Shown piece after piece: positions 1-10,462 of a stretch of 64,000 nt of DNA. A model generated the notes under the pieces. It ran no database searches, was not told where the DNA came from, and was given only the letters and a program-made list of their open reading frames with translations. Location: positions 544,001 through 608,000 of the forward strand of contig CAWETW010000003.1 in the NCBI GenBank assembly GCA_963812155.1, read 5' to 3'. The stretch is from Vulcanimicrobiota bacterium (GTDB lineage Bacteria; Vulcanimicrobiota; Vulcanimicrobiia; Vulcanimicrobiales; Vulcanimicrobiaceae). The first letter of the stretch is position 1; each line of letters opens with the position of its first letter. The translations under genes and the position numbers were made by a program.

Positions 1-606
1 GCGGCCGACCGCGTTGCGAACCTCGGCCTCGTCATGCAAGCACGCGTCGCGCGGCTCACGCGCGCTTCGGCGAGCGCGACGGCGCAGTACGGCGCGGGTT
101 CGGCTCAGGCGACCGCTGCGCAGGCGGTTCTCGCCGACGCGAAGGCGGCGAGCGCGCGGGTATCCGTCGCCCAACGGCGCGCTGCTACCGCGCAGCCGCA
201 GGTCGGTGCCGGAGAATGGGCGTTTCACGGCCGCGTGTACGACGATCAACTGCAGCCGGTGGCGGGACACACGGTATTCATGGTGGATTCGCAAAACAAC
301 TATGAATCCGGCGCGGGCTTCGCCTACACCGATGCAACCGGGTATTTCTTGCTGAGTTCTCCGGCACAAGCCAAAGGCGAAGCGGATCAAGCTGCGCCTC
401 CCGTGGACCTGTTCTTATCCATCGTCGACGAAAAGGGCGAGCCCGTATACCGGGCTTCGGCTGCGTTTCGACCCGCGCAAGGCGCGGCAACGTATCAGGA
501 AGTCACGCTTTCCGCGAAGGGAACGCCGATCGGCGATCCGCCGGCAACTGTGCGTAGGACGGCGTTCCCGCGTGCCAGGCAGCAGCCACCGAAAAGCGCG
601 TCTTGA
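1..606 (+). CDS. Hypothetical protein, probably 5'-partial; Ala-rich segment plus carboxypeptidase-regulatory-like/transthyretin-like beta domain
   Basis: Frame is open from base 1; contains 'FHGRVYDDQLQPVAGHTVFMVD..AYTDATGYF'. Confidence 0.55.
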   Translation, partial: AADRVANLGLVMQARVARLTRASASATAQYGAGSAQATAAQAVLADAKAASARVSVAQRRAATAQPQVGAGEWAFHGRVYDDQLQPVAGHTVFMVDSQNNYESGAGFAYTDATGYFLLSSPAQAKGEADQAAPPVDLFLSIVDEKGEPVYRASAAFRPAQGAATYQEVTLSAKGTPIGDPPATVRRTAFPRARQQPPKSAS

Positions 607-639
607 ATAGTGAGGAATCGGTGCTATGACTAGACTACG

Positions 640-1272
640 TTGCCGCCGAAGCGTGCTATGAATCGGATTCTGGCAATCGGAATAGTGGTCTTCGCTACAA
701 TAGCCATTGGTCTATGGCTCGTACAGCGCAATAATCAGACAAACTACGACACTCGAAGCGCTAACCGGGGCGCAACAGGAAATGAGTTCCTCGTAGACGG
801 CAAAAAGGTCCAAGTAAATCTAACGACGCCACCAGCCCGTCTAAGGGTGGGCGAGAGTCTAAATATCGTGTTGAACTTTGCGCTGCCTACCAACCCAGAT
901 GCCACCGGACTTGGCAACGAACACGACGGCAAATTTACGCCAACGTTGTCGATGGCGGATTGCAACATTTCGCCTACACAGCAGCCATCTCAGCCTTCGA
1001 CGCAACCGCTTGAAGCGTTTACTTGGACGTGGACGGTGTCCGATTGCACACAAGGCGATAAGTTAATGCGCGCGACGATCGAGTTCGATGGAGCGCCCGA
1101 TTCCGACGTGGAACCGTATCGTTTCAACCAATACGTAAGCGTCGTCCAACCGTTAACGTTTCTTTATCTATTGCCCATCGTGCCTGCGATTGCCGGGGCG
1201 ATAAGTGCGATCCTCACGGCGATCATAACCATCAATAAAGTACTTACCCTGGTGCCAAAGCACCAAGACTAA
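640..1272 (+). CDS. Hypothetical membrane-anchored protein with N- and C-terminal hydrophobic helices; lower GC than its surroundings
   Basis: 210-aa ORF; hydrophobic ILAIGIVVFATIAIGLWLV and LLPIVPAIAGAISAILTAII; AT-richer codons; alternative ATG at 658. Confidence 0.65.
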   Translation: MPPKRAMNRILAIGIVVFATIAIGLWLVQRNNQTNYDTRSANRGATGNEFLVDGKKVQVNLTTPPARLRVGESLNIVLNFALPTNPDATGLGNEHDGKFTPTLSMADCNISPTQQPSQPSTQPLEAFTWTWTVSDCTQGDKLMRATIEFDGAPDSDVEPYRFNQYVSVVQPLTFLYLLPIVPAIAGAISAILTAIITINKVLTLVPKHQD

Positions 1273-1334
1273 CCTCAAGCATAAAGGCGAGAGCGCGCGT
1301 TTTGGCTTCGACTGCGCGACCACACGCCGCGCCG

Positions 1335-2495
1335 TCACGTGAGAAACTGTAAACTACTCGGCCTCGGCGGGATGTCGGTGTAGCCCATCGGGCGATCCCA
1401 CCAATCGTGGGCGCGCGCACGCAGTTTGCCGTCACTCGGCGGCGGCGGCAAGCGCTGCTCGAGCGCCGCGGCGTAGGCGTCGAGATAGCGATCGACCATT
1501 CGTTCGACGGTAAACTCCGCTTCGACGCGCGCGCGGCAGGCGCGCCGGTCGAGCGACGCCAGGTGCGGAACTTTCGCAACGGCATCGTCGACGCTATCGC
1601 AGAGAAAGCCGGTGACGCCGTCGGCGACGATTTCCGGAATCGACCCCATGCGCGCGCCGAGCACCGGCGTGCCGCACGCCATCGCCTCGATCAGCGTCAT
1701 GCCAAAGCGCTCCGGGCGCGTCGTCATGTGCACGAGTGCCAGCGCGCCGGCCAACAACTCGTTGCGCGCTTCGCGCTCGACCGAGCCGAGAAACTGCACG
1801 CGATCGCCGTCGATGTGCGGTTCCACTTGCTCGCGAAAATACGCTTCGTCCTGAGGGATCGCTGCGATCTTCAAACGGACGCCGGCACGTTTGGCAACCT
1901 CGATGGCCAGGTGCGTGCCCTTCTCGGGATGGAAGCGCCCGAGGAAGACGAGATATTCGCCGGGCTTTTCCTCGAACGTAAACGCGCCCGTGTCGACGCC
2001 GTTGTACACCGTCGAGAGATAGTCGAGGCCCGGATCGCGGTCGGAGTCGGAGATCGAGCAGAAGAAGCTGCGCCAGGCGCACGCGTAGTACGCCGCCAGA
2101 ATTTGCGGCGACGAGAATCCGTGGATGGTCGTCAGCATCGGCGGCGCGGTGGTCGCGAGCGCGTAGGTGAGCGGACGCCAGTCGAAGTTATTGTGGATGA
2201 GGTCGAAGTCGGAGGCGCGGCGGAAGAGTTCGCCGACGTGCAACGCGCCGAACACCTCTCCGTTGAGAGCGGGGTCTTCGTTCAGCCCGACCGGCACGAC
2301 CGACGCGAGTTTGCCTTCAAAATGCGAGTCGCCGGCGGCGAAAAGCGTCACGTCGAGACCCCGCCGGCGCATGCCGTCGGCGATGTCGAATGCGACTTGC
2401 TCCCACGGGCCGTAGCCTCGCGGCGGCGCCGGCCACGAAATCGACGCAAGGACCGCGAGCCGCAGGCCGCGCAGCCGTTCGTTCACTCGGGCCAA
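1335..2495 (-). CDS. Glycosyltransferase family 4 (GT-B fold)
   Basis: Motifs PPRGYGPWE, FLGRFHPEKG and ERFGMTLIEAMACGTPV. Confidence 0.93.
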   Translation of the reverse strand: MARVNERLRGLRLAVLASISWPAPPRGYGPWEQVAFDIADGMRRRGLDVTLFAAGDSHFEGKLASVVPVGLNEDPALNGEVFGALHVGELFRRASDFDLIHNNFDWRPLTYALATTAPPMLTTIHGFSSPQILAAYYACAWRSFFCSISDSDRDPGLDYLSTVYNGVDTGAFTFEEKPGEYLVFLGRFHPEKGTHLAIEVAKRAGVRLKIAAIPQDEAYFREQVEPHIDGDRVQFLGSVEREARNELLAGALALVHMTTRPERFGMTLIEAMACGTPVLGARMGSIPEIVADGVTGFLCDSVDDAVAKVPHLASLDRRACRARVEAEFTVERMVDRYLDAYAAALEQRLPPPPSDGKLRARAHDWWDRPMGYTDIPPRPSSLQFLT

Positions 2496-2498
2496 CTC

Positions 2499-3865
2499 CT
2501 AGCGATCGTCGTCGACGACGTGCGTGTCGCGCAGGCTGCGCGCGAGATTCCACTGCGTGCCGGTGGATGAGTTTCTCGAACGCGAGGTAGGTGAACGACG
2601 GCACGGGCTGGGCGCGCGCGTAGTCGAACATGTCGCTGAGGTCGTCGCCGGCCGCGTCGCGCTCACCGAGGTTTCCGAGCGCCCAATTCCGCTCGATAAA
2701 GCGTACGATCGAGGTGGATTCACGTTGCGTGTGCGAGACGTAGGGTGCCGCGTGCGGATCGGCCGCCGTGTAGTTGGAGCGCGCCCACGGCGAGACCACG
2801 ATAATCGGCACGCGAAATCCCCAACTCGTTCCGTTCGGGCCGGATGGCGGTGTCACGTGATCGTACCATCCGCCGCTGTCGTCCCACGTGACGATCATCG
2901 CCGTGTCGCCGTAGTAGCGGCACGCCGTGTTGGCGGACCGCTCGCTCTGCACGATCGCCATGTAAATCGAACCGACCCATCCCGGCCCCGCATTGCTGAG
3001 CGAGCCGGCGTGGTCGGACGCCATCCAGGTCGGCGTGACGTACGCGACTTGCGGAAGCTTGCAGTGCTGGATGTCGCCGAGCACGTCGGACATCGGCGTC
3101 ACGACGTTCTGCCAATCGGGGCCGTACCGGATATGGCGAATCGCGTCGAAGACGTTCACCCACGAGTCGGCGACCGTATCGTAGGCGCCGGTGTAGTATT
3201 TCCACGACACGCCCGCGCGATCGAGCAGATCGGCGATCGTCGGATTATCGAAGCACGGAAAGACGCCGGGCGTTACTTCGGTTTCGCCGGCGCCGAAGAT
3301 CGGAACGGTCGTGCCCGGTTTCGAATCGCAGCCCCACGTGAGCGGATCGTTCGGATCGTCGGCGGCTTGGCTCTGCGCCGTGACCAGAAACAGGTGGCCG
3401 GGAAACGTCGGCACGAGGCGCGGCGCGAAATTATCGTCGGCGAGCGCGTAGCGCTGCGCGAGTAGATGGTAAATCGTCGTTTCGTACGCGGGCACGTACG
3501 CCAGCGGAAAGTTCGGCGGTGCCGGCGGATACCCAGGATCGGGATAGGATCCGCCCTTCGCCGAAGCCGTCCATCTTGCCGCCGTTCCACTCCGTCACCA
3601 GTGCAGCGTGCGTGTGATGGGGATCGGCCGGATATTCGAACGGCACCGGTTTCGTCGCTACGGTCTTACCGTCGATCGTCGCGACCTGCGTGACGTTGGC
3701 GCCGGGGTAACCTTTGCCGCCCGCCAAGACCGACGACGCGAACAGATTGTCGGTCGTACGATTCTCTTGAATGATGACGATGACGTGCGCGATCGGACTG
3801 CCCGCGATCGGCGCTGCGTTTGCGGCCGGCGCAGCGATCGCCGCCGGAGGCGACGCCGCGATCAT
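2499..3865 (-). CDS. Phosphoesterase/phospholipase C family (alkaline phosphatase superfamily) secreted protein; two frameshifts (~3550 and ~2565)
   Basis: HVIVIIQENRTTDNLF and WNGGKMDGF in one frame; TFPGHLFL, WDDSGGWYDHV and GFRVPIIVVSPW in the next; the C-terminus lies in a third frame ending at 2499. Confidence 0.85.
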
Positions 3866-5013
3866 ACGGGCGCTCCGCCTTTAATGACGAGTTTTGGACT
3901 TTGAAGCGTCCGTACGTCTTCGCCCACGTCACCGTCGAGCAGCAGCATATCGGCAGGTTCTCCAATCGCGAGCATCCCTCTGTGCAACCCGATCAACTCG
4001 GCCGCGACGGCCGTTGCCGCGTGCAGGGCTTGCTGCGGCGTCATTCCGAGCATCGACCACATCAGTTCGACTTCGAGCGCGTAGTTTTCGTGGTAGTTGT
4101 AGGGCGTGCCCGCATCCGATCCGCCCGCAATGCGCACGCCGCGTTCGTAGGCGCCGCGCAGGTTGTTCAGCATCACCTCGCTGAGGCCGCGAGCTTTGTC
4201 GAGCACGTACTTCGGCTGCTGCCCGTCTTCCAGGTGCGCGAGGATGCAGGTCGGCGCGCTCAACGTCGGCACCAAAAACGTGCCGTTTCGCTTGAAGAGT
4301 TCGATCGCTTCGTCGTCGAGCAGCGTCGCGTGCTCGACCGAGTCGACGCCGGCGCGCAGCGCGTTCTTGATGCCGGTCGTTCCGATCGCGTGTGCGGCGA
4401 CGCGCAACCCATGACGGTGCGCTTCGTCGACGCCCGCGTTCAGTTCGTCGGGCGTCAGCTGCGCGTTGCCGGGAACGGCGCCTTTGGTGAGCACGCCGCC
4501 GGTCGCGATGAACTTGATGCAATCCGCGCCCGCCCACATCTGTTCGCGCACGGCTTTGCGCGTTTCCCACGGCGAGTCGACCATCCGCCCGATGGGCCAG
4601 CCGTGTCCGCCGGTCATGCAGATCACCGCACCGGCTGCGCGCATGCGCGGCCCCGGAATCTTGCCGGCCTCGATCGCATCGCGCACGCTTTGTGCGAAAC
4701 CGTTCGACGAGCCGACGTCGCGGATCGTCGTGACGCCTGCCTGCAGCGATTTGCGCGCGTTCGAGACCGCGTTGAGCAGCCGTTCGTTGACGGGCGTCGT
4801 TTGAAACGCGCCCATCAAATCCGTCTCGCCGCTGGCTTCGACGTGCGCGTGCGCGTTGACCAAACCCGGCGTCACGCACGCCGCTTCGAGATCGCACGGC
4901 CCGGTCGCGGCTCGAATCTCCGCGATCCGGCCGTCGTCGACGACGACGTCGACGTTCTGCTTGGGAGGTTCGAGGGTTCCATCGTAGAGGAATCCGGCGC
5001 GAACGATCGTCAT
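3862..5013 (-). CDS. Amidohydrolase family protein (Xaa-Pro dipeptidase-like)
   Basis: PGLVNAHAH, IKFIATGG, AAHAIG, SVEHA, GGSDAG. Confidence 0.9.
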   Translation of the reverse strand: MTIVRAGFLYDGTLEPPKQNVDVVVDDGRIAEIRAATGPCDLEAACVTPGLVNAHAHVEASGETDLMGAFQTTPVNERLLNAVSNARKSLQAGVTTIRDVGSSNGFAQSVRDAIEAGKIPGPRMRAAGAVICMTGGHGWPIGRMVDSPWETRKAVREQMWAGADCIKFIATGGVLTKGAVPGNAQLTPDELNAGVDEAHRHGLRVAAHAIGTTGIKNALRAGVDSVEHATLLDDEAIELFKRNGTFLVPTLSAPTCILAHLEDGQQPKYVLDKARGLSEVMLNNLRGAYERGVRIAGGSDAGTPYNYHENYALEVELMWSMLGMTPQQALHAATAVAAELIGLHRGMLAIGEPADMLLLDGDVGEDVRTLQSPKLVIKGGAPV

Positions 5014-5143
5014 GCCGGGCCTATTCGTTCAACGGCCGAGGTCGCTTAGCCTTGACTTCCGCCGCGATTGCGAGATCGCCAACGCGCTGCATCGATGCGT
5101 ATTTGAAGAACGGAGCGTGCGAAGCATGCGTTGCCGTCGCGTT

Positions 5144-6054
5144 TCAGGATGACGTGGCGGCTTCCATGGCTTGAAACGCCTTGCTCGTCAGCGCGTGATC
5201 GACGATGCCGGAGATGAAGCGCGAGGCGGCGCGGACTTTGGCGACGTCGACGCCGGTCTCGATGCCCATTTGGTTGAGAAGGTAGAGCACGTCTTCGGTG
5301 CCGACGTTGCCGGTCGCGCCGGGCGCGTAGGGACAGCCGCCGAGACCGCCGGCCGACGCGTCGAACGATGCGATGCCGTTCTGCAACGACGCGTAGACGT
5401 TGGCGAGTGCCGTGCCGCGCGTGTCGTGGAAATGCAACGCGATCCGTTCCAGCGGAATGTGATCCGCGAGCAGCGGCACGAGCTCGTCGACTTGGCTCGG
5501 CACGCCGACGCCGATGGTATCGCCGATCGAAAGCGAGTCGCAGCCCATCTCCATCAACTTCACGCTGACGTCGACGACGGCTTGCGGCGTCACGGCGTCG
5601 CCGAACGGCGAGCCGAATGCCGTCGAAACGTACCCGCGCACCCACATGCCGTCGCTCTTCGCGGCGCGCACGACGTCGCGGAACGTCTCCAGCGACTCGT
5701 CGATCGTCATGTTGATGTTGCGCTTCGTGAACGGTTCCGACGCCGCGGTGAACACGGCGATCGCATCGGCACCGGCGGCCTTCGCGCGTTGATAGCCTTT
5801 GAGGTTCGGCGCGAGCACGGGATAGCGCACGCCGGGCTTTTTGCGGATGCGCGTGAAAACGTCCGCGGCGTCGGCGAGTTGCGGAATCGCTTTCGGACTG
5901 ACGAACGACGTCGCTTCGATCCAGCGCAGGCCCGTCTCCGAAAGTAGATCGATGTAGCGAACCTTGGCGTCGGCCGGTACGAGCTCGGATTCGTTCTGCA
6001 GCCCGTCGCGCGCGCCCATTTCGAAGAGCGTTACGCTCTTTGGAAGGTGCTCAT
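5144..6054 (-). CDS. liuE: Hydroxymethylglutaryl-CoA lyase; probable 1-nt indel just after the ATG at 6054 (in-frame ATG at 6019)
   Basis: RDGLQNE, LHFHDTRG and GGLGGCPYAPGATGN; LPKSVTLFE lies upstream of 6019 in frame. Confidence 0.92.
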
Positions 6055-7994
6055 CCCAGTTCGACGAGCGGCGCGCCGGCGGCGACGATCTCGCCTTCTT
6101 TTACGAGCACGGTTTTGACGGAGGCGCCGGCCGGCGCCTCGATGCGGTGTTCCATCTTCATCGCTTCCAATACGATCAACAGCGCATGCTCTTCGACGGC
6201 TTCGCCCGAACGCACCGCGATTTTGACGATTTTCCCGGGCATCGGGGCGGTGACGCGTCCGTCGCCGCCGGTGCCGCCGTGGCTCCCGCTCGCGGACGAG
6301 ACCGCGGGCGGAGGTGCAAACGTAAACGCGTACGCGCGGCCGTCGAGATGAACGATCGCTTCGCCGTGGCGATGCGTCACGATGCCGGCCAGCGGCGTCC
6401 CCGAAAACGAGCCGCGGACGCGCTCGCCGTGACGCTCGACGTCGAGTTCGCCGACGCACTCGCCGGAGAGACGCCAGCTTCCGGCGCGGTCGCCCGCATC
6501 CGCCAGGGACTCCGTCACGCCGCCGCCGCGCTGTGCGAGCCGCAGCGGAATGCCGACGCCGGCGATGCGCCACGGCGCTTTGCCGTCGAGCAGCAGCCCG
6601 GCCGCGCACAGCAGCAGCGCCTCGCGCGGCGCCGCCTGCTGCGCGAAGATCGACTCGTCGAGCCGTTGCGCCAAGAAACTCGTCGTCGTTTCGCCCTTCG
6701 CAAACGCCTCGTCGCGCGCAATCCACAATAAGAGCGGCAGATTCGAGCGAATGCCGTCGATCGCGAACTCTTCGAGGGCTTCCTCGAAGCGCGCGATGGC
6801 GCCGGGACGATCGGTGCCGTACACGATGAGCTTTGCAAGCATCGGGTCGTAATAGAGGCTCACTTCGCTGCCGGTCGTCACGCCGGAGTCGAGGCGCACG
6901 CCCGGGCCTGCCGGCGGCGACCAGAGTTCGATCGTGCCGGTCGACGGCAACATGTGGTTGGCCGGATCTTCGGCGTAGATGCGTCCCTCGATCGACCATC
7001 CGCGCGGACGCACGTCGTCTTGCGCGATCGTCAACCGCTCGCCCGATGCGATGCGCAACTGCCACTGCACGAGGTCGATGCCGTAGACGAGTTCGGTGAC
7101 GGGGTGCTCGACTTGCAGGCGCGCGTTCATCTCGAGAAAGTAGTAGTTTCCGTCGCCGTCGAGCATGAACTCGCAGGTTCCGGCGTTGACGTAGCCGACC
7201 GATTGCGCCGCGCGGACCGCAGCCGATCCCATGGCGTCGCGCAGTTCGGGCGTCAGCGCGACCGACGGCGCCTCCTCGACGATTTTTTGATGGCGCCGCT
7301 GAATCGAACATTCGCGTTCGCCGAGATGAATCGTCGTGCCGTGCGCGTCGGCCAGAATCTGAAACTCGATGTGGCGAGGATCGCGCAGATAGCGTTCGAG
7401 CAGCACCGCGTCGTCGCCGAACGCGGCCAGCGCCTCGCGCTTGGCGGCGTCGAGCGCTTCGTCGAACGCGGCGACCGATGCGACGACGCGCATGCCGCGA
7501 CCGCCGCCGCCCGCGCTCGCCTTGATCAGCAGCGGGAAACCGATGCGTTTTGCCTGCGCGCGCAGCGTTTCGGGGCTTTGATCGTCGCCGTCGTATCCCG
7601 GGACGGTCGGCACGTCGAACTCGCGCACGCGGCGCTTGGCTTCGATCTTGCTGCCCATCGCGGCCATCGCATCCGGCGGCGGCCCGACGAACGTCATTCC
7701 CGCCGCGGCAACGGCGCGCGCGAACGCCGGGCGCTCCGAAAGAAAGCCGTAACCGGGATGCACCGCATCGGCACCCATCGCTACGCCGGCGGCGACGATC
7801 GCGTCGGCGTCGAGATACGACTGCGTCGCGGGCGCCGGCCCGACGCAGCGCGCGTCGTCGACGAACCGCAGATGGTACGCGTTCGCGTCGGCTTCGGAGT
7901 AGATGCCGAGCGGTACGATTCCGACCTCGCGCGCGCCGCGCGCCACGCGCACCGCGATTTCTCCGCGATTGGCTATCAGCAGCCGGCGGATCAT
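6051..7994 (-). CDS. liuD: Methylcrotonyl-CoA carboxylase alpha subunit (biotin carboxylase plus biotin carrier)
   Basis: Starts MIRRLLIANRGEIA; HPGYGFLSE, ERECSIQRRHQK, biotin site EAMKME; liu context. Confidence 0.9.
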   Translation of the reverse strand: MIRRLLIANRGEIAVRVARGAREVGIVPLGIYSEADANAYHLRFVDDARCVGPAPATQSYLDADAIVAAGVAMGADAVHPGYGFLSERPAFARAVAAAGMTFVGPPPDAMAAMGSKIEAKRRVREFDVPTVPGYDGDDQSPETLRAQAKRIGFPLLIKASAGGGGRGMRVVASVAAFDEALDAAKREALAAFGDDAVLLERYLRDPRHIEFQILADAHGTTIHLGERECSIQRRHQKIVEEAPSVALTPELRDAMGSAAVRAAQSVGYVNAGTCEFMLDGDGNYYFLEMNARLQVEHPVTELVYGIDLVQWQLRIASGERLTIAQDDVRPRGWSIEGRIYAEDPANHMLPSTGTIELWSPPAGPGVRLDSGVTTGSEVSLYYDPMLAKLIVYGTDRPGAIARFEEALEEFAIDGIRSNLPLLLWIARDEAFAKGETTTSFLAQRLDESIFAQQAAPREALLLCAAGLLLDGKAPWRIAGVGIPLRLAQRGGGVTESLADAGDRAGSWRLSGECVGELDVERHGERVRGSFSGTPLAGIVTHRHGEAIVHLDGRAYAFTFAPPPAVSSASGSHGGTGGDGRVTAPMPGKIVKIAVRSGEAVEEHALLIVLEAMKMEHRIEAPAGASVKTVLVKEGEIVAAGAPLVELG

Positions 7995-8773
7995 GCGTGG
8001 AAGCTGGCCTTGCGCCGTTCGAGAAACGCGCGCAGGCCTTCTTGCCCTTCCGGGCTGATGCGCTGATCGGCGATCGCGCGCGTCGTAATCGCACGCGACT
8101 CTTCGTAGCTCGCACCGAGCACGCGTCGGATCAACAGTTTTGCCGCGCCGACCGCGTACGGCCCGGCGGTACGAATCTCGCCGATCGTGCGATCGACCGC
8201 GGCGTCGAGATCTCCGGCGGCTACCGTTTCGTGCACCAAGCCGATGCGCAGCGCGCGGGCGGCGTCGAAACGTTCGCCGGTGAGAAAGAGCGCGCGCGCG
8301 TGCGACGCGCCGATCTTCGAGAGCACGAACGGCGAGATGACGGCCGGAATGATGCCGAGTTTCACTTCGGTGAAGCCGAACGTCGCATCGTCGGCAGCGA
8401 TCGCGATGTCGCAGGCGGCGGCCAATCCGGCGCCGCCGCCGAGGGCGGCACCTTGAATGCGCGCGATGACCGGCCGCGGACAGTTGTCGATCGCGCGGAA
8501 CATGTCGCTCATGCGTTCCGCATCGATGGCGTTCGCTTCGAAACTCAGGTCGAGCGACTCGCGCATCCAGTTGATGTCGGCGCCGCCGCAGAAAACGCTC
8601 CCCTCGCCGGCGAGCACGACCGCGCGCACGTCGTCGGCTGCGGCGATGCGTTTGAACGCGTCGTGCAGTTCGGCGATGACGTCGGCGTTGAAGGCGTTTC
8701 GCACCTCGGGACGGGCGAGCGTGACGCGCGCGATGCCGTCGGCAAAGGCGAAGTTGACGGTTGGGTCGGCCAT
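7991..8773 (-). CDS. liuC: Enoyl-CoA hydratase family protein (methylglutaconyl-CoA hydratase)
   Basis: RPEVRNAF, FCGGADINWM, TEVKLGIIPAVISPFV. Confidence 0.88.
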   Translation of the reverse strand: MADPTVNFAFADGIARVTLARPEVRNAFNADVIAELHDAFKRIAAADDVRAVVLAGEGSVFCGGADINWMRESLDLSFEANAIDAERMSDMFRAIDNCPRPVIARIQGAALGGGAGLAAACDIAIAADDATFGFTEVKLGIIPAVISPFVLSKIGASHARALFLTGERFDAARALRIGLVHETVAAGDLDAAVDRTIGEIRTAGPYAVGAAKLLIRRVLGASYEESRAITTRAIADQRISPEGQEGLRAFLERRKASFHA

Positions 8774-8883
8774 GGCCCTGGCGATTCTCGCCGCTCCACT
8801 CCAGGTCATCCCCCGCTGCGGACGCTTCATCCGGCCGCACCTTTGAAACGTTCCCACGATGTGACGTCGAAGGATGCCTCTCA

Positions 8884-9678
8884 GTGCGCGTGATCTACCG
8901 CTACGCCCTGGCGATTCGGCTCAGCCATTGGCTGTGGGCGATCGCGTTCGCGGTGCTCGTTTCGAGCGGACTGCAGATTTTCAACGCGTCACCGAACCTC
9001 GATGCGTCGGACAAGAGCGATCCGGCGCGCCGCGTGCTCTCGATCGACGCGCCGGCGCAGGGCGTCGGCACGACGACGTTTTTCGGACGAACGTTCGTCA
9101 CGACGGGGTGGCTCGGATGGACCGACGACGGCATGGGATCCCGCGGTCCGCGCGCGTTTCCGGGCTGGCTTACGATTCCAGGGTACCAAGACCTAGCCGA
9201 CGGCCGCCGCTGGCATCTTTTTTTCGCGTGGATCGCGGCGCTGTGCTGGCTGGCGTGGCTGATCGTTGCGTCCGTTCGCGGCAATCTTCGCGACATGATC
9301 CTGCGGCCGAGCGATCTCCCGAAACTCTGGCCGATGCAAGCGTACTATTTCAAACTCCGCAAAGAGCCGCCGCCGCACGGCACGTACAATCCGCTGCAGA
9401 AAGCCGCGTACACCTGCGTGCTGTTCGTCATCGCGCCGTTCGTCGTGCTGACCGGACTCGCGCTCTCGCCCGGCATCGATGCGATCGCCAATCCGCTGAC
9501 CGTGCTGCTCGGCGGACGGCAGTTCGCGCGGCTGTGGCACTTCGCCGGCATGCTGGCGCTGCTGGGGTTCTTCGCGGTCCACCTGTTCCAAGTCGCGACG
9601 CAGGGCGTCGTCAACCAAATGCGTTCGATGATCACGGGCTGGTATCGCGCCGGCGAACGCGACGGAATCGGCCCGTGA
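8884..9678 (+). CDS. Cytochrome b/b6-domain membrane protein, partner of the Mo oxidoreductase
   Basis: RLSHW, SGLQIFNA, RRWHLFFAW, YNPLQK, ARLWHF; GTG start. Confidence 0.85.
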   Translation: MRVIYRYALAIRLSHWLWAIAFAVLVSSGLQIFNASPNLDASDKSDPARRVLSIDAPAQGVGTTTFFGRTFVTTGWLGWTDDGMGSRGPRAFPGWLTIPGYQDLADGRRWHLFFAWIAALCWLAWLIVASVRGNLRDMILRPSDLPKLWPMQAYYFKLRKEPPPHGTYNPLQKAAYTCVLFVIAPFVVLTGLALSPGIDAIANPLTVLLGGRQFARLWHFAGMLALLGFFAVHLFQVATQGVVNQMRSMITGWYRAGERDGIGP

Positions 9679-10413
9679 AGCGACGCATTTTCATCGCATC
9701 GTCGGCATCGCTGATGATGACGGGATGCGGCGCGATCGGCAACGCGCTCAATGGGAGCGACGCCTTCAAGCGCGTGCTGGCGTCGGCGGAAGGCGTCAAT
9801 CACGCGTTGATCGGCACGCGGGGACTGGCGCGCGAATATCGCGATGCCGACGTCGACCGGATGTTTCGTGTGAACGGTTTCGCGACGCCGTCCGGCAGCC
9901 GCTACGTAGAGCTTGCCGCCGCGAACTTCGCCGGCTTTCACCTGCTCGTCGACGGCGCGGTCGAGCGGCGCCGCGTTCACGCTGGCGGAACTGCAGGCGA
10001 TGCCGCAGCAGACGCAGATTACGCGTCACGACTGCGTCGAAGGCTGGAGCGCGATCGGCAAGTGGAGCGGCGTGCGGCTCGGCGATTTGCTCGATGCCGT
10101 GCAGCCGCGCCCAGACGCGCGCTACGTCGTCTTCCACTGCATGGACGACGACGGCTCCGGAAACCTCTACTACGAAAGCCTCGACCTGCATCAGGCGCGC
10201 CATCCGCAAGCGCTGCTCGCGATGCGCCTCAACGACGCTCCGCTCGATCCCGCGCACGGCGCACCTGTCCGGCTGCGCATGCCGACGCAACTCGGTTACA
10301 AGAGCGCGAAGTGGATCGGTCGCATCGAAATCGTCGGCAGCTTCGCAACCATCTTCGGCGGCCGCGGCGGCTATTGGGAAGACCGCGACTACGAATGGTA
10401 CGCAGGGATTTAG
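9675..10413 (+). CDS. Molybdopterin-dependent oxidoreductase (MsrP/YedY-like) with Tat/lipoprotein-like signal; frameshift ~9970
   Basis: N-terminus VKRRIFIASSASLMMTGC; QITRHDCVEGWS, HGAPVRLR, LGYKSAKW, GGYWED. Confidence 0.85.
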
Positions 10414-10416
10414 CGC

Positions 10417-10456
10417 GTCACCCTGAGCGGAGCACCGTAGGTGCGCGGTCGAAGGA
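10417..10456 (+). repeat. REP-like dispersed repeat, copy 1
   Basis: GTCACCCTGAGC-hairpin(GCACCGTAGGTGC)-GTCGAAGGA. Confidence 0.8.
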
Positions 10457-10462
10457 GGCGGC

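Noticed and set aside
5110..5137. Hairpin GCGTGCGAAGCATGC as a full REP copy
   Set aside because: It resembles the central hairpin of copy 4 but lacks both conserved termini; at most a remnant.
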